The notes under the pieces are model-generated. The model saw only the letters and a program-made list of their open reading frames with translations. It was not told where the DNA came from and made no database searches. A stretch of 64,000 nt of DNA from Hydrolagus affinis (taxonomy: Eukaryota), in contig JAAILG010000598.1 in NCBI GenBank assembly GCA_012026655.1, positions 1 through 64,000 of the forward strand, given 5' to 3'. Below are positions 13,316 to 23,838 of the stretch, one piece after another (the stretch's first letter is position 1; each line of letters begins with the position of its first letter). Made by a program: the position numbers and the translations under genes.

Positions 13316-13620
13316 GGAGTCCTGTAACTCAGTGGTTACAAGCATGAGACCTGTGTTCAAATCCAGGTGGGTCAGGGCGAAACCTTGGGCAAGTTTCCTT
13401 ACTCCACACGCCTAATAATAATTCCTCAAAAAAAACACAATAATAAAATTGGTGATTTTAATTCCACGATTGCTTGTGGGATACAGCTGTGCGCAATTGG
13501 TTGCCGCATTTTGCCCACAAATATAGTCAATTCACTTTACAGTATATTCTGTGAAGCGCTTTGAGACGTCTAGAAGACACGAAAAAGTGCTATATCAAAT
13601 TCAAGGATTATTATTGTTAT
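13316..13620 (+). mobile_element. Young tRNA-derived SINE, near full length
   Basis: GGAGTCCTGTAACTCAGTGGTT (box A), GTTCAAATCC (box B), CTGTGCGCAATTGG core and CAAGG(ATT)n tail. Confidence 0.92.
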
Positions 13621-14114
13621 TTGAATGCTTGATTGAAACCTTTGCCTGTACCTCTAAATCTCGATCTGAAACAGATAACACGTCTTCAGAAGGTTGTCAG
13701 CTTCCTGTATTGGGAGCCAGAGTGGAAAAGTAAAGCTTTCTAAACCGGCACTCCTTTACGCAGGGTATCAAGTGAAACTTATTTTGTGCTGGGACAGGAA
13801 GAGTCAAATCAGTTGCGGATTATTTGTATATGCAAATGAGAAGGATGCACTCAGATGCAAGGTGCATGATCCCATAGCTTTTATAAGCAAATGAAAATAT
13901 TTTTCCAAATACTTTTTGATGATGCTTCTTTGAATGGACAAGCTCACAGCGTGATGGAAGCCTTTCAATCCATTTGATCTCGTTCTTCAACAATATTAAC
14001 CCTACTACAGCATTGAACTCTTTCTTAAAAAGGTCCAGTGTCCTGTCTTCAGGTCTGCTTCCAAGTAAAATGCCCTCTCCTTCAACATGTCCTCTCTTTC
14101 CTGCTCTGCTAACC

Positions 14115-14206
14115 CCCACAGACAGGAACCTAGGTACCTTGTTCGATCCTGAATTGACTTTCCTCCCCCACATCCAAGCAATGACTCGCTCTACCTTTCA
14201 CCATCT
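14115..14206 (+). mobile_element. L2 LINE fragment (5' part of the copy split by a SINE)
   Basis: Encodes RNLGTLFDPELTFLPHIQAMTRSTFHHL, the L2 ORF2 post-RT region; continues at 14508. Confidence 0.85.
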
Positions 14207-14507
14207 AGGGAGCTCAGCGGTTAGAGCACTCGCCTTACAAGCGTGAGAGTTGTGTTCGAATCCAGGTAGATCAGGGTGAAACCTTGGGCAAGTTTTCTAC
14301 TCCACGCCTGATAATAAACACTCCAAAAAAACACAAAAATAAAAAATTGGTCATTTCAATCCACGACTGTTTGTGGGACACTGCTGTGCGCAATTGGCTG
14401 CCGCATTTCGTCCACAAATACAGAGTCAATTAAATTTACAGTATATTCTGTGAAGCACTTTGAGAAGTCGATAAGAAGTGAAAAGCGCTATATCAAATGC
14501 AAGGATT
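14207..14507 (+). mobile_element. Young tRNA-derived SINE inserted into an L2
   Basis: Box A AGCTCAGCGGTTAGAGC and box B GTTCGAATCC with the standard body and tail; flanked by ATCT at 14203-14206 and 14508-14511. Confidence 0.92.
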
Positions 14508-14858
14508 ATCTCCGCAACATTGCCCGACTCCGTCACCAACTCACCCCCAAAGCCGCTGAAACCCTCATCCATGCCTTCATTACATCCCAGCTTGACTACG
14601 CAAATGCCCTGCTTGTCGGCTTTCCCAATTCCTCCCTCCACAGACTGCAGATGATCCAGAACTCAGCGGTCCATGTCCTTTACCGTTCCAATCTCCGTGA
14701 TCCCTTCTCCCCCATCCTCGCCTGACTCCATTGGCTCCATTGGTTCCTTCCCTCCCCAACCCATACCCAGCTCAGGTCTAACACAGTGACTGTCCAGCAC
14801 CTTGGGAAGTCCTCCTGACGTGAATGGCACTATGCAAGTGTAATTTTGTTGTTGTTGA
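14508..14858 (+). mobile_element. L2 LINE 3' fragment
   Basis: Encodes LRNIARLRHQLTPKAAETLIHAFITSQLDYANALLVG...LQMIQNSA and ends in a (TTG)n tail. Confidence 0.92.
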
Positions 14859-14865
14859 TTTAGAT

Positions 14866-15050
14866 GAAGAAGGTCTTTCGGCCCATCCGATCTCATCCCT
14901 CCAAAATTCCTAGCCTCCCAAACAGCATTAAGCTGCTTTTTAAATGACTCCAGTGTCCTCGACTCATGCACCCTTCCTGACAACTTGTGCTTGTCATTAA
15001 ATACCTTCTGTTCATCACCTTCATGTAAACAACTACTTATTGGAGTCTGT
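14866..15050 (-). mobile_element. Old CR1 LINE 3' end
   Basis: Minus-strand translation VHESRTLESFKKQLNA matches the CR1 ORF2 C-terminal pattern (V.A.T...FK..LD). Confidence 0.65.
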
Positions 15051-15812
15051 CCAGTGCCCCAATCACTCCCTGAATCTGTGACCTCTTGTCGAAGGAGTGA
15101 ATGCATGTGAAGGTACCTCTCAGTCTGGTTCATGTAGCAAGTGGCTTCAGTGATATTAACATCTACGCTGCATATGATTTTAATACCACACCTAATATTT
15201 CCTCAACAACAAGCGCTGTGAGATGCTGCCCGGCATGGACGGTGAATACTATGTACATACAAGTTATTCTTGTGGTTGATTTAGATACACTTAATCATGG
15301 TGACGGATTTCAGCACAGCAACTTTTTGGCAGACAACAACAATACTTTTGTAACTCTTGCAATTGGATTCTCGTGTCCCTTTAATTACGTCCAGTGAAAT
15401 TTAGCAACAATTGTTTAATTACACAAATCCACTGCAAATCTAATATGTGGCAAATTCTTACGGGATTCCTTAATTAAGCACTCTTTCTAGAACTGCAAGT
15501 ACGTCAGCCGTGTCACACTGACCTATGAGGAGGAATTCCCACGAGTCAACCTAACGTATTTCCATTTTATTAATGAAAGAATCCTGTTAGAAATTATTGC
15601 ATCCTCAAAATACCTCCCCCAGTTTGGTTGGTGTATCTATAAAACTCACCTACGCCTATACAAACTGCCAGAATAGCATTTTTACCTTTGCAAAATGAAG
15701 CATAAAAACCCTTACTGCTCTCGACAGCCGAAGGAGTCTTTTGTTTCTCGAAAGGATTAATTATGAAGTAAAAGCCCCATCTGAATATTCGTTTACTTTT
15801 GAAGACGCCAGC

Positions 15813-15813
<1 letters not shown>

Positions 15814-15844
<31 letters not shown>
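15814..15844. repeat. (AACT)n tetranucleotide microsatellite
   Basis: Direct inspection: about 7-8 units. Confidence 0.95.
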
Positions 15845-18089
15845 AAATGTGCCAGGCACAAGCAGTTTTGTTTTGTTTGGCCTCGATCGCATGCCCACAG
15901 CATCAATCGCACGATCAAATTTGGAGAAAGATACTAAATAGGGCTTTCAGTAAGCAATCCTCCTTAATCCAATTCTGGCATGCTGAGAGGGATTCCAGGG
16001 TTTGAGAATAGTGCTATTTGAAAAGCACATCCCTGATGAGACAGCTAAGATGCTTCTGTCCCTGCCAAGGCTTGTGGAACCCTATTTCCCATTACCTTGT
16101 CAGAACTCATCTCCCGCTGTCATGATGAAGAGATAAGTGTGAAGTGATGGAAAGTGTTGATCAGCTGGTCAGAGAAAGAAGACAGCGGTAAATGGATCAA
16201 GGCCTTTTCAAGCAGGATGCAGTTGTCTTCAAGCTCTTAATCCCAACCAGTGGGTTTTGGCAGCACAAAGGTTTTACTTACTAGTGCACATGGGATATTA
16301 CAATTATTTTGCTGCTGCCTTCAAAAGCATTGCTAGTACTGTACATACTCTTTTGAAAAGGCAATTTGTTTCTTCAAGATTCTTCTGTAAACCCCAGCTT
16401 GAAATCTGTTTTTATGTGCTCAAGAAATCAAGCAAAGCTATTTAGGTCTAATTTACTTAACTGGATTCTGTAATAAAGCATCCATGTCAGACAAAAGCAA
16501 TCAAAGTACGTCACACAATCCAATTCTGCAGCAGAACATGGCTCTAGCCTGATCTTCTTCCAGAGCGATATTCCCGCCAGTCCATGGGAATGCTAATCCG
16601 ATTCCTTAATATGGAATGATATTAGTGGCTTTACCTCCAAAACTGGCAGATGCAGGCATTTAGCAATCTGCCACTGGAGAAGAGTTACCGCTGGTCAATG
16701 GGAATTTTAGTAGAATTGCTTATTAAAGCAGGATTTACTTTCCTCCTTTGAACAGAACTGGTTTCACGTTGAACATAGTGTTTTCCTTCACGTTTTGCAA
16801 ATGCTACTTTTTGAGTTAAAGGTTCGAGCAAACGAGGAGACGTGAGAAATAAACGTCCATGGGAAAGGTGAACACATTTTTATGCAAGCCATTTTATGAC
16901 AACTGTATGGCTCCTGATGTGTTGCAGTATCAGCTATACCATCCACTGTTCATAACAGAATTCTGTGATGAATAACCATACAGAACAGCATGTTGTTCTC
17001 TGTTGCCACATTGCTTGTGACAGTCCTGTACTGTTCCTTTGATCTATATAGTACCGTTATTGTTCAAAATGTCACAAACACCATATGGCCAAGATTGCGG
17101 ATTATAAATCCGAAACTGGACAAAAATTACAGATTTAAAAAAGTAATTCAGGCAATGGATGGTGTTACACTCTTTCTAATGCTTGTATTAACAGACCCTC
17201 ATTTAATAACTGCACTCACCTCCAGGGATGTATTTATTATACTTCTTATGGCTTTTTGGTAGTGGCAAAAAGAAACCGAAATTTGGCTTGAAACCTGACC
17301 TGTACTTGCCACTGTAAACTGCTTGAATTATGAGTTCTAAATCAGCTTTGGCATATACCAGACCTGCCTCAGTGGTACGTCTCTTGGCAGTGCCAATTTG
17401 GACAGATGCAGATACAGTGCCAGTAAAAAGCGGCAATAAACTCCTGACCCAAATCCTCACAGACCAACCAGCACGTTCCTCCTTTGCCACTCTGCCAGTG
17501 CCACCCACTGTTAGCTCACTCCACTACCACTAATTCCTCACCACAAGATTTTGAAAAAAAATTATAGAATAATTCTGCACATCTAACTACGTGAATGTTT
17601 CGTGGCACAATGTTTAGGTGCAAACTTTTTTTTGCCAAGAAGCTTACTTAGTGAAGTATAAACTGCACAGCTTCACTAATCGGTCCACAGATTAGAGCAG
17701 CAGGTCTCAGTATAAATGAGGCAAAAGTTTTAAAGATCAGAAACAAATCAAGTTCATAACCTGGAGTAAATCCATTTCTAGTTTCATTGTATAATAAACT
17801 CCTGATAACAAGACCCCGGCTTAACTTGTCACAACCACTTAAGTAACCATGCTGTCAATATCCCAGCGGCGTTCCTGTTAATAAGGAACTCTGCTTCACT
17901 TGTCATTCTGCTTAACACGTAACTAGTTGAAATCTAAAAATTCTTGCAATCATTTATTGTGTAAAATTGATTGGGTAACTCATCCAATAAAACCCAAACC
18001 ACCCACCCTCTACTGGAGAGGACAGGAGACCACAGAGCAGCCCTCCAGTAAACCAGAGGCCTCTGCGGCACAATAGGATGGGAAGTTAT

Positions 18090-18268
18090 GGCACGTCCCT
18101 CCAATAGACCTCTATAAATGTAATTTTGTTTGGGTTGTGTGCAATTAGCTCCTGCTTTTCATCCACAAATATAAAGGCTATTCACTTTACAGTATGTTCT
18201 GTGAAGCTCTTTGAGATATCTAGAAGATGTGAAAAGCGCTAAATCAAATGCAAGGATTATTATTATAT
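18090..18268 (+). mobile_element. L2-type tail followed by the 3' half of a young SINE
   Basis: CTCTATAAATGTAATTTTGTT, then GTGCAATTAGCT...TTTACAGTATGTTCTGTGAAG...GCAAGG(ATT)n. Confidence 0.8.
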
Positions 18269-19298
18269 TCTCTTTTCACAAAAGAAATTTGGATGAAGAA
18301 CGTCCTTCAAATGATTTAATCTCATTCTTCCAGAATAAACATCCAATTGCCCTCCCATTCTAGTACTGTATCAAGTTCTTTGAAAGGGCTTCCTAGTTCA
18401 TCTAATTGTTTCCCATAGCTCATCTCTCCATCACTGGCAATCAGCCTTGTTGCTCTCCTCTATACAGTCTCTTGTGTCTGAATAGCTCCCTTATCTCATG
18501 GTGGTCATATTGTACACAGTGCTCCAGTCACACATTCCTGTGTACAAAGACCTCCAAATCCTTTGTTCTTTAGATAGTTGTAACTCAAAAAGGCAGAAGC
18601 AAGTGTTCAGAATTCTTTTTGAATTGGAAATGATATCTACATCCAAATATTGGTTTGTACCCGGTTATTTTCATATCATATTTAAAGCCACATTCATCTT
18701 AAAGTGCAAAGGAAAATTCATAACTCCAGTGGGGATACTTGGCACAGCACAAGCTTGATACAGTATGAGGCCTCCTTGTCTGCTAAAATTTCCATGATCT
18801 TATGAAAACAGCATTGCTAGAATCACATTGGAGTTGTATTCACTTAAAACTACAATACTATTTTCTTCTCCAGAGTGTTAATCAATTCTATGAGATTGGA
18901 GTACTGTAATTTCTTACTTATGACTTCAACGGTTCAGTGCGTCTCCAATGAAATGTGTTTCTATCTGAATGAATGTAAAGGTATTTTGAGTGCACATATT
19001 GGAAGAAAAGTGTGTAGCTCTGCACAAGAAGTTGAGGTGTCCTCTCATAGAGATTAATTTCATTTTGGTCAGACAGGTTTCTGACACATGCAGAAAATCA
19101 TTGTCATCCTTAAATGTATCCAATGAAGACCAAGAGTTCCTTGCCTCACCACCCATGAAAATTGCACGTCTGGAATGGAATGCATTCTCTCTTGCCGGAA
19201 GGACACAGAATGTTTACCAATCTCTGAAGATTTTCTGGCTTAAGTTGTTTCAAACCAAGGGTAGCACAATAAGGTGCTATATCAAATGTAAAAAAAAT

Positions 19299-20543
19299 GT
19301 TTGAGGATATTTCAGATAGGGGTGACTAGAAACTAGATAGGGGTGAATCAGTGGATATAGTCTATTTGGACTTCCAGAAGGCATTCGATAAGGTGCCGCA
19401 TAAAAGGTTGATCTAAAAGATAGGGGCCCATGGAATTGGGGGGAACATATTAACATGGATTAGGGAATGGTTAACGGGTAGGAAACAAAGAGTAGGGATA
19501 AACGGGTCCTTCACAGATTGGCAGGATGTGACTAGTGGAGTACCACAAGGATCAGTCCTTGGGCCTTAGCTGTTTACCATCTACATCAACGATCTAGATA
19601 AGGACATCGAGCTGAATATATCTAAATTTGCTGATGACACAAAACTAGGAGGAAGCGTTAATACCAAGGATGACATTAAAAAAAATGCAGCGTGATATAG
19701 ATAGGTTAGGTGAGTGGACAGGTAGGTGGCAGATGAAGTATAATGTAGGGAAGTGCGAAGTCATCCACCTAGGTGGCAAAAACAGTAGAGCTGGTTATTT
19801 TTTAGAGGGGGAGAAACTGGAAAGTGTTAGCATTCAGAGGGACTTGAGTGTCCTTGTACACCAAACACAGAAAGTTAGTATGCAGGTGCAGCAGGCAATT
19901 AGGAAGGCTAACAGTATGTTAGCTTTCATTATGGGAAGTAGGGAAGTCTTGCTGCAGCTGTATAGGGCACTGATGAGACCGCACCTGGAATATTGTATGC
20001 AGTTTTAGTCTCCTTATTTAAGAAAGGATGTACTTGCCTTGGAGGGAGTGCAGCGTAGGTTTACTGGGTTAGTATCTGAAATGAGGGGGATGAGTTATGA
20101 TGATAGGTTGATTAGTTTGAGCCTATATTCTCTGATTTTTTCACAGAAAAACATAGAAGAATCAGAGGGGATCTTATAGAAACCTACAAGTTTATTCAGG
20201 GGCACGACAAAATAGATAGTGGGAGATTGTTTCCCCTGGTTGGAGAAACTAAAACCAGGGGTCATAGTCTTAAAGTTAGAGGTCAGCTCTTTCGCACTGA
20301 GTTGAGAAAAAACTTCTTCACTCAGAAGATAGTGAATGTATGGAATTGTTTACCCCAAAGGGCTGTTAATGCTCAGTTCTTGAACATATTCAAGACTGAG
20401 TTAGATAGATTTCTCATTTATAAAAGGATTAAGCGGTATGGAGATAAGTCAGGTAGCTGGAATATCAGCCATAATTGAATGGCGGGGCAGGCTCGATGAG
20501 TCGAATGGCCTACTTCTGCTTCTATTTCTTATGTTCTTATGTT
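19299..20543 (+). mobile_element. CR1 LINE, 5'-truncated (~1.25 kb), inactivated RT
   Basis: RT motifs DIVYLDFQKAFDKVPH, SGVPQGSVLGP, SKFADDTK, LYRALMRPHLEYC and TRGHSLK. In-frame stops and frameshifts; (TTCTTATG)n tail. Confidence 0.97.
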
Positions 20544-20789
20544 AGGATCGTTATCACAATACAGTACATTGGTATCAATTGTTATGCACTCTCTTTGATC
20601 ACATCCTTAACCCCACAAAATGTCAGATACACAAGTATCATTCATACACTGTATGTTGTTTATTGGGTGAGGAGAGCAGAGTTCTTTCACTGTAAATACT
20701 GGAATTTACTTTCAAAGAAGATTATTTGGTATTGAAAATAATCAGTCAAACCATAGTTGTCTTTCCAAGTATACAAGCAGAGTGTAGTT

Positions 20790-20945
20790 TACAAGTCAAC
20801 ACCTATGGCCCAGCCATCTCTGATCTATCCATCGCGGAGAAGGCCACCTCAGACCACTTGCTCATTTCTCTTTCCTCTCATATCACCCTCTCCTTTTCCA
20901 AGCCCCCACTGTCTTTTTGCGAAGAGCACTATATTAATGTAAGTT
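20790..20945 (+). mobile_element. L2 LINE 3' tail fragment
   Basis: Pyrimidine-rich 3' UTR ending GAAGAGCACTATATTAATGTAAGTT. Confidence 0.55.
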
Positions 20946-21199
20946 AATAATAATAATCCTTGCATTTCATACAGCGCTTTTAACATCTTCTAGACAAGTT
21001 GCTCTTGTATGAGACTAACCACCAAACAAAGGCCAAATACTGGGGTAAAAGTTGGGAAAATTCATTTAAGAAACAACTTGATGCTGTAAAGGGAGATCAG
21101 CAAGGGTGGGTATTCCAAAAGGTCAAACAGTCTTCTCTGTTGTGATTTTGTGAAGGAAATTGATGACCCACAAAAGTGCCTCAAGAACTGCATTGTTTA

Positions 21200-21330
21200 A
21201 ACAACAACAGATTACACTTTATGGTGCCTTTCATGTCAGGAGGATGTACCAAAATGCTGTACAGTCAGGGATTCGCACCTGAGCTGGTAGTTGGGATCGG
21301 GAACAGTGGACGGCGGGGAAGGTAGGGGTA
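21200..21330 (-). mobile_element. L2 LINE 3' tail fragment
   Basis: (CAA)n...GCCTTTCATGTCAGGAGGATGT...GCTGTACAGTC is the reverse complement of the L2 tail. Confidence 0.8.
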
Positions 21331-21379
21331 GCAAAGTCACCAAAACAAATCCATTTATTATTTCGATCATCAAAAGGAA

Positions 21380-21679
21380 ATAATAATAATAATAATCCTT
21401 CATTTGGTATAGCACTTTTTATGTCTTCTAGACATCTCAAAGAGCTTCACAGAATATTGACTGTGTATATGTGGGTGAAACGAAGCAGTCAATTGCGCAC
21501 AGCAGTGTCCCACAAACAGTCATGGATTGAAAGCGCCTAATTTATTGTGTTTTTTTCTGGAAGTATTATTATCAGGCGTATGGAGTAAGGAAACTTGTCC
21601 AACATTACACCTTGCTGGGAATTGAACCCAGGTGTCTCGTTTGTAAGGAGAGTGCTCTAACCATTGAGCTACAGGGTTC
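21380..21679 (-). mobile_element. Young tRNA-derived SINE, full length
   Basis: Complete head-body-tail match to other copies, reversed. Confidence 0.92.
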
Positions 21680-21704
21680 TATACTTCATAAAATAGATGA
21701 TCTT

Positions 21705-21965
21705 GTATTTAAAATAGTGCCTTATCACATTGTCGCGCCATCTCAAAGTGCTTCACAGGATTTTATTGTGACTGTGCACTTGTGTTTGGCAGCAGCCAAT
21801 ATGCACATAGCAATGTCCCACAAACAGTCATGAAGGGATGAGCTATTTTAGCTGGGAGATTGGTGGCCAGGACATCTGGAGAAACTCCCTTCTCTTTTCA
21901 AATATTTTTAACATCACAGATCTTTAACTTTCACCCGATCAGGCAGATGGTACCTCAGTTTATCA
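21705..21965 (-). mobile_element. Older Deu-domain SINE
   Basis: GGCAGCAGCCAAT...CAATGTCCCACAAAC...GGAGAAACTCCC...GATCTTTAAC...CAGGCAGA, reversed Deu-domain motifs. Confidence 0.7.
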
Positions 21966-22659
21966 ACTGATTAAACTTTGCTGGACAAACTCCACACATG
22001 ATGCAGACTATCAATTTATTGCACAATTGTAAAAAAGGACAATTGCTAGCAGTGTTTCAGAAGGACGCTTGTATCTGAATCTCAGACGTATCAGATTTGT
22101 CTGAATTTGGTATTTTACACACAGTTGCATTTTTGAAACATTCATACTTCAGACTCATCTGAGATCTCATCCCAAAAGGCTGACACACACTATCAATCTC
22201 CTCTGTATAATTCATTACTCAGTTTTCAAAAATCAGACATAGCTGCAAATTCTGCGTGTTTATGAATTGCAGGTTGCCATCCAATATGGCCTTAAAGAGC
22301 ACTTTCCATTTTGTCCCCCAGCAGAAACAGAGTATCTTAAATTTAAACCGAGAAACAAACTTTCAAAGGATGGCTCAGCAGATACAGTGTTAGTCGATTA
22401 GACACTTGATTAAGATTCCTAATTTTGAATTCCCTTTTTGGTTGACACTCATTTGCATTTGACTTTCCCTAGAGCGTGATGTATCAGTCTCAACTACACG
22501 TTTGCAGTGCAAAGGAAAAATGAACCTGGGAGTCCCACACAGCTCAAGGAGCCATTTACAGCAACCAAGGAGAGATGAGCCCGTGACCTGCACCATCTTG
22601 TCTTCATGATTAAGGAGGGCCGTGCGAAGAAAAAGTGGAGGCAACCCATTTCCTTCTTT

Positions 22660-22810
22660 CACACTGCTGCTTGTAATTGGCTGCCTCATTTCACCCACAA
22701 AGTATACAGTCAATTCACTTGGCAGTATATTCTTTGAAGTGCTTTGAGACGTCTTGAAGACGTGATAAGGCGCTATATCAAATGCAAGGATAATTACAGT
22801 ATTATTATTG
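22660..22810 (+). mobile_element. Young SINE 3' part
   Basis: AATTGGCTGCC...GAGACGTCTTGAAGACGTGATAAGGCGCTATATCAAATGCAAGG. Confidence 0.85.
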
Positions 22811-22864
22811 TTACCAGGCTGCCAGTTGGTCTCTATTAGTGGTTGCTACTGGGTTTATGCTGTT

Positions 22865-22992
22865 ACTACTACTACTAAAATCCTTGCATTTGATATAGCG
22901 CTTTTCACATTTTCTAGACATCTCAAAGCGCTTCACAGAATATACTGCAAAGTGAATTTACTGTATATATGTGGACGAAATCCGGCAGCCAC
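22865..22992 (-). mobile_element. Young SINE 3' part (inverted relative to 22660-22810)
   Basis: ATCCTTGCATTTGATATAGCGCTTTTCAC...AAAGCGCTTCACAGAATATACTG. Confidence 0.85.
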
Positions 22993-23493
22993 ATACACTG
23001 TGTTGAAGGGAAGAAGGTAAAAAAAGATCATTCCCATTTAAATAAAAGTTTTCATTTTGGAGGCTGGTCGCAGAGCCATTTGTGTGAAATGCACCAGCCA
23101 TTCGTTGATTGGCTATTGCTAACCTCAACAACCGTAGAGTACTTCAGAGTTTATGGGGTAAAAGAAAACGAATGAATAAAAAGAAGTACTTATTGACCAC
23201 GGGGAAGCAATGAAAAATCTAATCACAGCATTGCCAGCAAACCTGAAACTGTCGAAAGATATCTGTGGCTCTCAGTGTTTAATTGCTGATGATGGCTGCA
23301 GGTCAGCCATGCATAGCAATGTAAGTATCGCACTGCTTTCTGCCTCTTCTCTTTCCTGTCAGTTTCCACTCCAGGTGATAGTATCGCAGCCTCCTCGCTC
23401 TCTGTGAACATGACTCTCTGTAAATCCACAAGCTCGCAAATAATCAAGACCAGGGAGATATTCATACTATTTTTGATTATTAAATGTTTGTGC

Positions 23494-23838
23494 AGTCCAG
23501 TAGCTTAATGGGTAGAGCACTCGCCTTACAAGTAAGAGACCTGCATTTGATTCCAGGCAGGGCGAAACCTTGGGCAAGATTCCTTACTCCACAACCTGAT
23601 AATAATCCCCCAATATATATATATATATATATATATATCTATATATATATATATATATATATATATTGGTCATTTGAATCCACTACTGTTTGTGGTACAC
23701 CGCTGTGGGCAATTGGCTGCCGTGTTTCACCCACATATACACATAAAGCATTTTACAGTATATTCTGTGAAGCCCTTTGAGACATCTAGAAGACATGAAA
23801 AACACTACAGTGTATCAAATACAAGGATTATTATTATT
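23494..23838 (+). mobile_element. Young tRNA-derived SINE with internal (TA)n expansion
   Basis: Full head, body and tail; the A-rich linker is replaced by a (TA)n run at ~23613-23667. Confidence 0.9.

Noticed and set aside
13316-13390. tRNA-like sequences with box A and box B (also 14207, 23494, ~3100, ~51935, 63313)
   Set aside because: Most are joined to SINE bodies, and none forms a complete cloverleaf; treated as SINE heads rather than tRNA genes.
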